Source: an uncultured Candidatus Saccharibacteria bacterium (GTDB taxonomy: Bacteria; Patescibacteriota; Minisyncoccia; Phycocordibacterales; Phycocordibacteraceae). From it: DNA of 64,000 nt. The notes beneath the pieces were generated by a model. That model was given only the letters and a program-made list of their open reading frames with translations, made no database searches and had not been told where the DNA came from. How positions within the stretch are numbered: the stretch's first letter is position 1; every line of letters starts with the position of its first letter. Below, piece after piece: positions 1-9,707 of this stretch. The stretch spans positions 8,286-72,285 of the forward strand of contig CAYOCH010000001.1 in assembly GCA_964402535.1 (NCBI GenBank), read 5' to 3'. The translations under genes were made by a program, and so were the position numbers.

Positions 1-738
1 GAGGAGCATGTGATACAGCGAGACTGCGATAAGCCGCGGGATCACGATGTCGAGCACCTCAGCGGGCGACGGCTCGACGACATATGAGGCTGGCGCAGCG
101 AGCACGGCCTCGTGGCTCCACTTGCCCTTCGCAGGGATGATGCCCTCGACGATGTCGCGCACGGCCCCGACCGAAAGCGGCAGGAGCCGGCGCACGGTCG
201 GCGTCTGCTCGAACGTCGACTTGAAGTTGCTGTAGACGGTGACGACCTTGTCGTAATCTCCGCCAGTGAAGCCGGCGGCGAGCTCGCGCGTGAGCTCGTC
301 CATCGATGAGAGCGGCACGTCGTCGCCCTTGTTCTCATAAGCCTTCGCAATGCGATAGCCGCGGCGGTTGAAGTATTCCTCTCCCTTCTTGCCGAAGGCG
401 TAAACGACCACCTCCTCCCTCTTGCGGCCCTCGAGCGCCTCGACAGCGCGCTTCAACACGCCGCTGTTCAAGGCGCCCGCGAGCCCCTTGTCGCTCGTGA
501 TCACGACGAGCGCGAGCGCGCGGCCCTCGCGGTGCACCGCGAGCGGGTGGTTGCGCACGTGCTCGGTGCCGGCGAGGCGCGTGAGGACAGAGAGCGCCGC
601 GCGCGCATACGGGCGGCCGGCGAGCGCGGATTGCTGCGTCTTGCGCATCTTCACCGCTGAGACGGCCTCCATCGCCGCCGTCACCTTGTGGGTGCGGTGC
701 GTCGCGCCGATCTTCGCCTTGATATCCTTGAGCGCCAT
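1..738 (-). CDS. atpG: F0F1 ATP synthase gamma subunit (5' part; runs off window start)
   Basis: Manual translation from ATG at 738: MALKDIKAKIGATHRTHKVTAAMEAVSAVKMRKTQ; directly downstream of atpA. Confidence 0.93.
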   Translation of the reverse strand, partial: MALKDIKAKIGATHRTHKVTAAMEAVSAVKMRKTQQSALAGRPYARAALSVLTRLAGTEHVRNHPLAVHREGRALALVVITSDKGLAGALNSGVLKRAVEALEGRKREEVVVYAFGKKGEEYFNRRGYRIAKAYENKGDDVPLSSMDELTRELAAGFTGGDYDKVVTVYSNFKSTFEQTPTVRRLLPLSVGAVRDIVEGIIPAKGKWSHEAVLAAPASYVVEPSPAEVLDIVIPRLIAVSLYHMLL

Positions 739-762
739 ACCGAAGTTAGGACATCCGATGTC

Positions 763-2337
<1,575 letters not shown>

Positions 2338-2338
2338 G

Positions 2339-2710
2339 TTAGTTCGTTACGTTCTGGTAAATGGTGAGGAGCGCGCGCTTTGCCGAGCGGTCGAAGAGCT
2401 GCCCCTTAGCACGGGCGCGCCAGCCGCGGACGAGTGAGTGATTCACTGTCGCGTGCCGGGCAACGATGCCTGCCGCTGCTGCATCGCGGAGCGCCTGCGC
2501 CTCCTCGGCGTGGCTCGCGACCTCGACAACCGGCCGGAGCGCATGGCGGCGCGCAGCGACCTTCTTGAGCTCGCGCGCGATCGCAGGGAGCATCTTGAGC
2601 CGTCCAGCGCTCTTCAAATGCATGATGAGCTTGGTGACCGCCGCGTCAGAGACTGCCTTGTCCTCGAGCTCTGCGGTCGCCTCGAGCAAGCGGGTGTAGT
2701 CGTCAACCAT
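2339..2710 (-). CDS. atpH: ATP synthase delta subunit (short form)
   Basis: Between atpF and atpA; C-terminal VNHSLVRGW...LFDRS resembles delta/OSCP; start placed at MVDDY. Confidence 0.75.
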   Translation of the reverse strand: MVDDYTRLLEATAELEDKAVSDAAVTKLIMHLKSAGRLKMLPAIARELKKVAARRHALRPVVEVASHAEEAQALRDAAAAGIVARHATVNHSLVRGWRARAKGQLFDRSAKRALLTIYQNVTN

Positions 2711-3152
2711 GGTGTTCTCGGAGCACCTTCTCTGCGGCGAGCACCGCAAGCCGCGCGACTTCTCGCTCGCTGTCGCGCTTCGCTCTCGCCTGCGACTCCT
2801 CCGCGCGCGCCTGCGCATCTGCGGCGATCGCAACGACTCGCGCCTCCGCCTCTTTGAGGAGGAGCGCCTTCTCTTCAGTCGCGGCCTCGTGCGCGCGAGC
2901 GACGATCGCCGCCGCCTCGCTCTCGCTCGCTTCGACGCGCTTCGCTGCCTCCGCGTCGGCGCCTGCGAGCTTCTCCTCCGCCTTTGCAGCGTCCTCGACG
3001 CCCTTCGCGACGATCGCGCGGCGCTTATCGAGCGTCGCCATGACCGGCCGGTACAAGAAGTACGTGAGCGCCGCGAGCACGATAGCGAAGTTCACCGCCT
3101 GCGCGATGAGCAAGCGCCAATCGATCCCGAATGCGGAGAAGAGTTCTGACAT
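2703..3152 (-). CDS. atpF: ATP synthase F0 subunit b
   Basis: FGIDWRLLIAQAVNF TM segment followed by Ala/Glu-rich coiled coil. Confidence 0.93.
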   Translation of the reverse strand: MSELFSAFGIDWRLLIAQAVNFAIVLAALTYFLYRPVMATLDKRRAIVAKGVEDAAKAEEKLAGADAEAAKRVEASESEAAAIVARAHEAATEEKALLLKEAEARVVAIAADAQARAEESQARAKRDSEREVARLAVLAAEKVLREHHG

Positions 3153-3163
3153 GCGCCCGCGGG

Positions 3164-3391
3164 TTAGACGAACTTGATGATGAACGCGACAACGAGCGTG
3201 AGGATGCCGAGCGCCTCGGTGAACACGATCGCGAGGATCATGTTGGAGACGATCTTGCCGGATGCCTCCGGATTGCGGCCGATCGCGTCCATCGCGCCGC
3301 TGCCGATCAAGCCGATGCCGATGCCTGGGCCGATGACGCCGAGGCCGGCGGCGATCGCCATGCCGATCAAACGTGCTGAATCAATGTCCAT
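3164..3391 (-). CDS. atpE: ATP synthase F0 subunit c
   Basis: GxGxGxG helix, GRNPE loop, TEAL carboxylate. Confidence 0.96.
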   Translation of the reverse strand: MDIDSARLIGMAIAAGLGVIGPGIGIGLIGSGAMDAIGRNPEASGKIVSNMILAIVFTEALGILTLVVAFIIKFV

Positions 3392-3445
3392 GTGAATGTC
3401 GAAAAATAATAAAAGGCCCGGGTCACGGGGCCATGCCGCGCGAGG

Positions 3446-4201
3446 CTAGTGTGCCTCGTGTGGATCCACGATCGCGAGCTTGATGAAGAACAAGGTCAAC
3501 ATCGCGAACACGAGCGCCTGGATCAGCCCGATGAACATCTCGAATCCCATCAGCGGCGCCGGGAGAACGTACGGTAAAAAGTAACCAGCGACAAGCACCA
3601 TCACTTCACCCGCAAAAATATTCCCGAAAAGACGGAATGAGAACGAGACGAGCCGGCCGAGGTTGCTGATGAGCTCGATGAGCCCGACCGCGAACCCGAC
3701 CGGCGACTTCAGGTTAACATACTTACCCGCATATTTGAAAAATCCGAGGAGCGCGATGCCGGTGACCTCGATCGTGAAGAAGGCGATGATCGCGAGCGCG
3801 AGGGTGAAGTTGAGGTCGGTCGTGGGCGCACGCAGCACGGGGAGGAACTCGGAGGCGTGCACGAGCCCGATCGAACCGATGCCCGGGAAGAACTCGATCT
3901 CGTTGATGAAGGCGATGAAGATGAAGATCGTCGCCACAAGCGGAAAGAAGCGCCGCGCGAGCTGCTCGCTCTCCAAGACCTCGGCCATATAGGCGATCGC
4001 GCCCTCGAAGGCCCACTCGACGCCCGCCTGGAGCTTACCGGGCACGACCACGAGCGAGCGGCGGAAGAGGTAGGCCCCGCCGATGAGGAGCGCCATCACG
4101 AGCCACGCCATGATGAGCGAATTGGTGATGGGGAAACCGAAAACGGAGCCCAATTGCTCCGCCGAGAGGACGACACTGATGCCCGAATGCATTATACCCA
4201 T
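3446..4201 (-). CDS. atpB: ATP synthase F0 subunit a
   Basis: SFSFRLFGNIFAGE and IQALVFAMLT motifs; start may be 4192. Confidence 0.96.
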   Translation of the reverse strand: MGIMHSGISVVLSAEQLGSVFGFPITNSLIMAWLVMALLIGGAYLFRRSLVVVPGKLQAGVEWAFEGAIAYMAEVLESEQLARRFFPLVATIFIFIAFINEIEFFPGIGSIGLVHASEFLPVLRAPTTDLNFTLALAIIAFFTIEVTGIALLGFFKYAGKYVNLKSPVGFAVGLIELISNLGRLVSFSFRLFGNIFAGEVMVLVAGYFLPYVLPAPLMGFEMFIGLIQALVFAMLTLFFIKLAIVDPHEAH

Positions 4202-4272
4202 GCTACCCGACGAGGGCTGGAATTGGAAGTCGAGGTATGTATACTTAAGGGCATTACGAAATAATTGAATCT

Positions 4273-4530
4273 ATGGCACGTCAAATTAACCCCGCTCTTA
4301 TCAAGCCGCTCGCGCTCGACGCCATGCTCGAGGCCGTCGTCGGCAAGGGTCCGATGCCCCGCTCGGAGGTCGTGAAGAAGCTCTGGGAGTACATCAAGAA
4401 GAACGACCTTCAGAATCCCGCCAACAAGCGCAACATCCTCGCGGATGACAAGCTTAAGCCGGTCTTCGGCGGCAAGAGCGAGGTCACGATGTTCGAGATG
4501 ACGAAGCTCGTCTCGGCGCACATGAAGTAG
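4273..4530 (+). CDS. SWIB/MDM2 domain protein
   Basis: PRSEVVKKLWEYIKKNDLQNPANKRNILADDKL SWIB signature. Confidence 0.92.
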   Translation: MARQINPALIKPLALDAMLEAVVGKGPMPRSEVVKKLWEYIKKNDLQNPANKRNILADDKLKPVFGGKSEVTMFEMTKLVSAHMK

Positions 4531-4550
4531 GGCTACTGCCCCTCTTAAGC

Positions 4551-4574
4551 AAAACCCGCCTCACGGCGGGTTTT
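4551..4574. terminator. Bidirectional intrinsic terminator
   Basis: AAAACCCGCC-TCAC-GGCGGGTTTT between convergent SWIB and mscL genes. Confidence 0.85.
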
Positions 4575-4577
4575 GCT

Positions 4578-4976
4578 TTATCCGACCGGCTGGCTGCAGA
4601 ACTTGCAACGCGTGGCGCCGCGCGGGATCTCGCTCAGGCACTCCTTGCAGATCATCGTGGCGCTGCCCGAGTCGCCGCGGCGGGCGCGGTTGATAAGCAC
4701 GTTCATCGGCTTCACGACGAAGAAGAAGACGGCCGCCGCGACGAGCATGAACGAGACGACGGCGTTAATCAAGTGGCCGTACATGAAGCGGCTCCCATTC
4801 AGCGTGAAGAAGAGCCCGCCGAAGTCAGGCACCTTCACGAGTGCGGCGATCAAGGGCGTGAGGAGGTCAGCGACGAGCGCCGTCACGAGCGAGCTGAATG
4901 CTGCGCCGACCACGACGCCGACCGCCAGGTCGACGACGTTGCCGCGGAGCAAGAATTGTTTGAAATCTTTGAACAT
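4578..4976 (-). CDS. mscL: Large-conductance mechanosensitive channel with C-terminal CxxC...CxxC
   Basis: MFKDFKQFLLRGNVVDLAVGVVVGAAF. Confidence 0.95.
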   Translation of the reverse strand: MFKDFKQFLLRGNVVDLAVGVVVGAAFSSLVTALVADLLTPLIAALVKVPDFGGLFFTLNGSRFMYGHLINAVVSFMLVAAAVFFFVVKPMNVLINRARRGDSGSATMICKECLSEIPRGATRCKFCSQPVG

Positions 4977-4978
4977 AC

Positions 4979-5052
4979 TGGTCGGGCCGCCGGGAATTGA
5001 ACCCGGTCTACACGCACCCGAAGCGTGCGTACTACCGGCATACTCCGGCCCG
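4979..5052 (-). tRNA. tRNA-Pro(CGG)
   Basis: Cloverleaf, anticodon loop TTCGGGT, GGTTCAATTCC T-arm, encoded CCA. Confidence 0.93.
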
Positions 5053-5053
5053 G

Positions 5054-5127
5054 TGCGCTCTGCAGGGATCGAACCTGCGACCTTACGCGTGTGAAGCGTA
5101 CGCTCTAACCAACTGAGCTAAGAGCGC
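5054..5127 (-). tRNA. tRNA-Val(CAC)
   Basis: GCGCTCTTAGCTCAGTTGG...TTCACAC...GGTTCGATCC. Confidence 0.93.
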
Positions 5128-5156
5128 GCTCCTGCACGATAACAGATTTATCTTTG

Positions 5157-5227
5157 TCGGGCTACCGGGAATTGAACCCGGTCTACATCCACCCCATGGA
5201 TGCGTACTACCGGTATACTATAGCCCG
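5157..5227 (-). tRNA. tRNA-Pro(GGG)
   Basis: CGGGCTA acceptor; CATCC-ATGGGGT-GGATG anticodon arm. Confidence 0.9.
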
Positions 5228-5272
5228 CGACGAGGTTGAGAATAACACATGTCGTGATAAAATCGCTCGCAC

Positions 5273-5345
5273 GGGCCATTAGCTCAGTTGGTAGAGCGCG
5301 TCATTCGCATTGACGAGGTCAGGAGTTCGACTCTCCTATGGTCCA
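5273..5345 (+). tRNA. tRNA-Ala(CGC)
   Basis: CGTCA-TTCGCAT-TGACG anticodon arm; G3:U70 pair. Confidence 0.93.
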
Positions 5346-5371
5346 CAAAGGGTTTGGTATACTTATCCATC

Positions 5372-5677
5372 ATGAAAATGCCTGGAGAAGGGATCCGACA
5401 GTATCTGAATCAGCAGGAGTCAAATGAAGGCGCCGAGGCGCGTTTAAAGACCGAAATATCAGAGTATGTTGCCGGCATTGACGCGAACGCCACAGTCGAA
5501 TTCGAGACGTACAAGTGGTCTCGCGAGGCCGAGGAGGGCGATGGGCTCAAGATGACCTTCAAGTACAACGGCCGCGAAGAGGTGTACCGCGACCAGGAGC
5601 TGAACGATGCGTCGTTTGATGCCGCAAAGGATGTGTTCGACCGGTTCTATCGCGCCGCCAAGAACTCCATCGCGTAG
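5372..5677 (+). CDS. Hypothetical acidic protein between two tRNA-Ala genes
   Basis: ORF from MKMPGEG; upstream part of the listed ORF overlaps the tRNA and was trimmed. Confidence 0.65.
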   Translation: MKMPGEGIRQYLNQQESNEGAEARLKTEISEYVAGIDANATVEFETYKWSREAEEGDGLKMTFKYNGREEVYRDQELNDASFDAAKDVFDRFYRAAKNSIA

Positions 5678-5714
5678 CGATTTCGGAAAAAATACGGTAC
5701 AAATAGCGAGTAAG

Positions 5715-5785
5715 GGGCCTATAGTTCAGCGGTAGAACGCGTCCATGGCATGGACGAGGTCGGGGTCCGACTCCCCGTAGGTCCA
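5715..5785 (+). tRNA. tRNA-Ala(GGC)
   Basis: CGTCC-ATGGCAT-GGACG anticodon arm; T-loop TCCGACT. Confidence 0.88.
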
Positions 5786-6718
5786 CTAAATTCCCAGATT
5801 CCCAAGGGCGTTCCTCACCTCAGCGATCGGGAGGGCGAAGCCGATATTCTGCGCGCCCTGCACCATCGCCACGTTCACGCCGACCGCCTCGCCCGAGAGG
5901 TCGACCAAGGGGCCACCCGAGTTCCCTGGGTTGATCGAGGCGTCGGTCTGGATCACGTTCTTCAAGGTCTCGGTGCCGCCGCTATCGTTTGCGGCGGTAA
6001 TCGTGCGGTTTAAGCCCGAGATCACGCCCACAGACACCGAATTATTGTATTCGCCGAGCGCGTTGCCGATCGCAAAGACAGACTGTGCGAGCTGGAGCGA
6101 AGAGGAGCTGCCGAGCGGGATCGTCGGGTAGCCGCTCCCTGCGACCTTCACCACCGCCAAGTCCTCTGTCGGCGAACGCCACACGACCGTGCCGTCCTTC
6201 TGCTTGCCGTTTGAGAGCAGCACCGTGTAGGTCGCGTTCGCGTCCGGCACGACGTGCTTGTTGGTGACGGTATAGCCGCTCGAGCGGACGAAGAATCCTG
6301 TCCCGGCCGAGACCTGCTGCGTCGTCGTGCCCACCTGCTGATAGACCGGCACCTGTACGCCGAAGTCTTGGAAGAACGGGTCGTTGCCGAACGGGTTCTC
6401 ATAGGTCACCTGCAATTTAGGCACGACCTGGCTCTCGACGATCGAGACGACCGCAGGCGACGCGGCTGCGACCGCGTCCTGCAACGTCTGCGTCTGCGAC
6501 TTCTGCGCCACCTGCTGCCGGCGCGTCAGCTCCGAGAGGTTGGCGTTCGTGCTCGCGGCCGTCGAGCTCGCCGAGGTGGCGACCTGTAATATCTCACCCT
6601 GAAGTGCATTGATCGTGCGCGACAGCTTCGCGATCTGGCTGTTCTCGTAGACGAGCCCGCCCACGACGATAATCATCGCCAGGAGCCCCACGAGCCAGAG
6701 CGTGTCTATCTTCTTCAT
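5786..6718 (-). CDS. Membrane-anchored HtrA/trypsin-like serine protease without PDZ domain
   Basis: N-terminal TM plus coiled coil; TNKHV, DLAVVKV, IQTDASINPGNSGGPL. Confidence 0.92.
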   Translation of the reverse strand: MKKIDTLWLVGLLAMIIVVGGLVYENSQIAKLSRTINALQGEILQVATSASSTAASTNANLSELTRRQQVAQKSQTQTLQDAVAAASPAVVSIVESQVVPKLQVTYENPFGNDPFFQDFGVQVPVYQQVGTTTQQVSAGTGFFVRSSGYTVTNKHVVPDANATYTVLLSNGKQKDGTVVWRSPTEDLAVVKVAGSGYPTIPLGSSSSLQLAQSVFAIGNALGEYNNSVSVGVISGLNRTITAANDSGGTETLKNVIQTDASINPGNSGGPLVDLSGEAVGVNVAMVQGAQNIGFALPIAEVRNALGNLGI

Positions 6719-6783
6719 GCCCTTAATGATACTACGCCCGCACATTACGCTTGTATTTCGAGTCCTATGCACCCCCGAAACGG

Positions 6784-7113
6784 CTAGGCATCCAATATCT
6801 TTACTGAGCGCTTAATAGCGACAAATCCATAGGCCCATAGGAGCGGCAACCACAGCGGCATGAGGCCGAACAATGAGCGCCTCGTAAACGTCTCGACTCC
6901 TGTGCTGATGAAGAGCGTCTCCGATACCGTCATAATTCCGAATCCAAATACGAGGACGAGCATGTCATTTACTTCCCTCTTCGTATACATGGCCGCAGCG
7001 ATTATCGCGACATACAAGAGCGTGAGCGCGTAATCATCCGACACAAGAGGAATTAACGCGATCATCGCGAGTACTGGCAGCGCATTGAGCACGATACTAA
7101 GAGATTTTGTCAT
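6784..7113 (-). CDS. Small multi-pass membrane protein
   Basis: About four hydrophobic segments, MPLWLPLLW; start trimmed to MTKSL to avoid tRNA overlap. Confidence 0.7.
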   Translation of the reverse strand: MTKSLSIVLNALPVLAMIALIPLVSDDYALTLLYVAIIAAAMYTKREVNDMLVLVFGFGIMTVSETLFISTGVETFTRRSLFGLMPLWLPLLWAYGFVAIKRSVKILDA

Positions 7114-7131
7114 GCATTCTGCTATAACCGG

Positions 7132-7204
7132 TGGACCATAGCGGATTCGAACCGCTGACCCCCTCATTGCAAATGAGGTGCTCTACCAACTGAGCTAATG
7201 GCCC
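7132..7204 (-). tRNA. tRNA-Ala(TGC)
   Basis: GGGCCATTAGCTCAGTTGGTAGAGC...TTTGCAA...GGTTCGAATCC. Confidence 0.94.
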
Positions 7205-7236
7205 GATATTGCTAGTTTATCACGAGATGTCGCAAT

Positions 7237-7472
7237 AAAAAAAACGCGCGGAGGGCAATCTCGCGCGCGGCACGTCTGTGGTCGCAGCTGACTCTATGTC
7301 AGTAGGTTCGCGTTCGCCACGCTACTTCACGACTCGGGTCCACTCCTGTTCCTAGATCTCGCGGTTCAGGAATGTCAGTTGGTCACTGCCGACCGAACTC
7401 GTTCGTCACAAGGGCGCACCGGTTGATCAGTCCGGCTCACACCGTGGGTATGTTTCCCGCCACTGCTGACCA
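7237..7472 (-). ncRNA. Candidate structured ncRNA (~230 nt), family unrecognised
   Basis: TTGCTC-17-TAAGAT promoter (7506-7478), 5'/3' closing helix TGGTCAGCAG/CTGCGACCA, internal hairpins, CGCGCG stem plus U8 terminator. Confidence 0.55.
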
Positions 7473-7480
7473 TGAGCATC

Positions 7481-8452
7481 TTACGCGACTGCTTGTCCAC
7501 GAGCAAGACCAACGAGATGCGATAAGAAATCTGAAAACTTCACACCCACCGCGGCGAGCGCCTTGGGCATCAAGGATTCGGTCGTGAGGCCCGGGAGTGT
7601 GTTGGTCTCGAGATAATAGATGCCCTTCTGCGTTACGATAAAGTCGCTCCGCGAGTAGTGGCGCACGCCGAGCGCGCGATGCATCACCTTGGCGAGCCGC
7701 TGCAGCTCCTCGCTCGCGACGCGCGAGAAGTGCCCGGGGCAGATCTCGCGGCTCCCGCCTGAATATTTCGCATCGTACGAGAAGAAGTCGTCTCTTGGAG
7801 GGATGATCTCGATCGGCGGGAGCGAGTAGAGCGGCTCGCCGCGGAGGTTCTCGACGACGCCGACCGTCGCCTCCCTCCCCTTCACGAGCTCCTCGATCAG
7901 CACGCCGCGTGCGCCCTCGTCGAAGAGTTGCTCGGTCGCAGCAAAGACCGGCGCATAGCCGCCGAGGATCGAGACGCCTACCGAGGAGCCCCAACCGACC
8001 GGCTTCACCACCACCGGCTGATGGAAGGAGCGTATCGCCTCGGCGACGCCCTCTGCCGCATCTTCTGCCCGCTCGATATAGCGGAACTCAGGCGTGAGTA
8101 CGCCCGCCTCGAGCGCACGCGCCTTGGCCATCACCTTGTGCATCGCGAGATACGACGCGAAGGAGTCAGCGCCCGCATACGGCACGCCGTAGCGCTCCAA
8201 GAGCTTCTGCACCTCGCCGTCTTCGCCATACTCGCCATGGAGCCCGACGAGAGCGACGTCGACCTGCCGCAGTACGCGCTCTGGCTCGACGACACGACCC
8301 CGATAGTGCCACTGCCCATCTCGGTCGATAAAGATGTCCCGCGCGTGGTAACGCTCCTCGGGCAGGTTCGCGATGATCGCCGCGCCGGTCTTAAGCGAGA
8401 CCTCGTGCTCCCGGCTGGGACCGCCGCGCAATACGCCGACTATCGTCTGCAT
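7481..8452 (-). CDS. ddl: D-alanine--D-alanine ligase
   Basis: GGPSREHEVSL, LHGEYGEDG, GSSVGV, LETNTLPG. Confidence 0.95.
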   Translation of the reverse strand: MQTIVGVLRGGPSREHEVSLKTGAAIIANLPEERYHARDIFIDRDGQWHYRGRVVEPERVLRQVDVALVGLHGEYGEDGEVQKLLERYGVPYAGADSFASYLAMHKVMAKARALEAGVLTPEFRYIERAEDAAEGVAEAIRSFHQPVVVKPVGWGSSVGVSILGGYAPVFAATEQLFDEGARGVLIEELVKGREATVGVVENLRGEPLYSLPPIEIIPPRDDFFSYDAKYSGGSREICPGHFSRVASEELQRLAKVMHRALGVRHYSRSDFIVTQKGIYYLETNTLPGLTTESLMPKALAAVGVKFSDFLSHLVGLARGQAVA

Positions 8453-8459
8453 CCCCGAA

Positions 8460-9707
8460 TTATATCAGGCTGCGAGAGCGCGCTGCGCGGTGCTTCGCAA
8501 GAGAAAACCGGTGCGCCTCGGCGTTCGCAAGCACCGCATCTGCCTCGCTGATACCCGCCGCGCGGGCACCGATCACTTCGCGCGGTCGGTGCCGCTCGTC
8601 TTTGACGAGCGCAACCACCGGTATCTTCACGCCAGCGTCCGCGAGAGCTGCCTCTGCTGCCTTCTTTTGTGTCTTACCGCCGTCGACGACGATCGCCTGA
8701 GGGAACGGCCACTCCGGATGATTGAAGCGCCGTGACAGGATCTCTTTCAGCGATCCGACATCGTCGTTCTTCTTGATGCCACGGATACGGAACGTGCGGT
8801 ACTCGCTCTTCACCGGAGCGCCATCTGACACGACCGTCATCACGCCGATCGCATTCGTCCCCGCCAAGTGCGCCGTATCATAGGCTTCTATCCTGTATCC
8901 AAATCTGTCCGCGGTCGCGTACATATTTGGATGCAGGTTTTCGTCCTTGATGAGCGAGACGTCCTGGATATGATCGAGCGCGAAGAGCTCTCGGCGCGCC
9001 TCTGCCGCGTCCTCGAACCGCTCATCCTTGGCCGCCTCGCGCATCTCGCGCGTTAGCGCGACGCGCAGCTCCTTGCCGCGACCGCTCAAAAACAGCTTCA
9101 CCTTGAGGATCGTGCGGCGATAATGCTTTGCATCAATCTCTCGCGGGTACTGGCCAATCTGCGTATTAAACTCGATTTTGGCGCGGTGATGCTTGCTCGT
9201 GTGGCCGACCGGCTTCGGGGTATCGAAAAACGGGAAGATGCGGCGGATGAGCCGCAGCCCCTCGCGCAGCTGCGCGCCCGAAGGGAACGGTCCGTAGATC
9301 GACTCAAACCGGCTCCCGGCGGCGATCTTCTTTACAAAATCTATGTCCTTGCCGCGCACGGCGAGCACGCGCGCGATCGGCTCCTTGGTGATGATCGCGT
9401 AGAGAAAGCTTTTATCATCCTTGCCCTCGACGTTGGCCTTGGGCTTGTACTTCTTGATGAGCGCGGCCTCGCGCACCAAGGCCTCGAGCACGGTCGGGCA
9501 CGTCTCGTGCGCGACGCGGTCAGCGCGCGTCACCATGTCGACTATGCGCGGCCCGCGTGTCGCGATCAGGTCGTCGTCGAAATAGCTCCGCACGCGGTCG
9601 CGCAGGCTCGTCGCCTTGCCGACATAGAGCACCGCCCTCCCCTTCTTAAAGAGGTACACGCCCGGCACGTCCGGGAGGTCAGACTGTTTTAGGTCGCTTC
9701 TTTGCAT
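8460..9707 (-). CDS. uvrC: Excinuclease ABC subunit C, shortened (GIY-YIG, UVR, RNase H-like; no HhH tail)
   Basis: PGVYLF...YVGKATSLRDRVRSYF, ERFEDAAEAR, RIEAYDTAH, VDGG, EAHRF; follows uvrA. Confidence 0.88.
   Translation of the reverse strand: MQRSDLKQSDLPDVPGVYLFKKGRAVLYVGKATSLRDRVRSYFDDDLIATRGPRIVDMVTRADRVAHETCPTVLEALVREAALIKKYKPKANVEGKDDKSFLYAIITKEPIARVLAVRGKDIDFVKKIAAGSRFESIYGPFPSGAQLREGLRLIRRIFPFFDTPKPVGHTSKHHRAKIEFNTQIGQYPREIDAKHYRRTILKVKLFLSGRGKELRVALTREMREAAKDERFEDAAEARRELFALDHIQDVSLIKDENLHPNMYATADRFGYRIEAYDTAHLAGTNAIGVMTVVSDGAPVKSEYRTFRIRGIKKNDDVGSLKEILSRRFNHPEWPFPQAIVVDGGKTQKKAAEAALADAGVKIPVVALVKDERHRPREVIGARAAGISEADAVLANAEAHRFSLAKHRAARSRSLI
8892..8937. repeat. In-frame imperfect palindrome in uvrC
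   Basis: CCTGTATCCAAAT...ATTTGGATGCAGG (12/13 pairs) with inner TGT/ACA and CGCG/CGCG pairing. Confidence 0.75.

Noticed and set aside
5273-7204. Inverted 25-nt identity between tRNA-Ala(CGC) and tRNA-Ala(TGC) as an invertible segment or att sites
   Set aside because: Ordinary isoacceptor similarity; no recombinase nearby.
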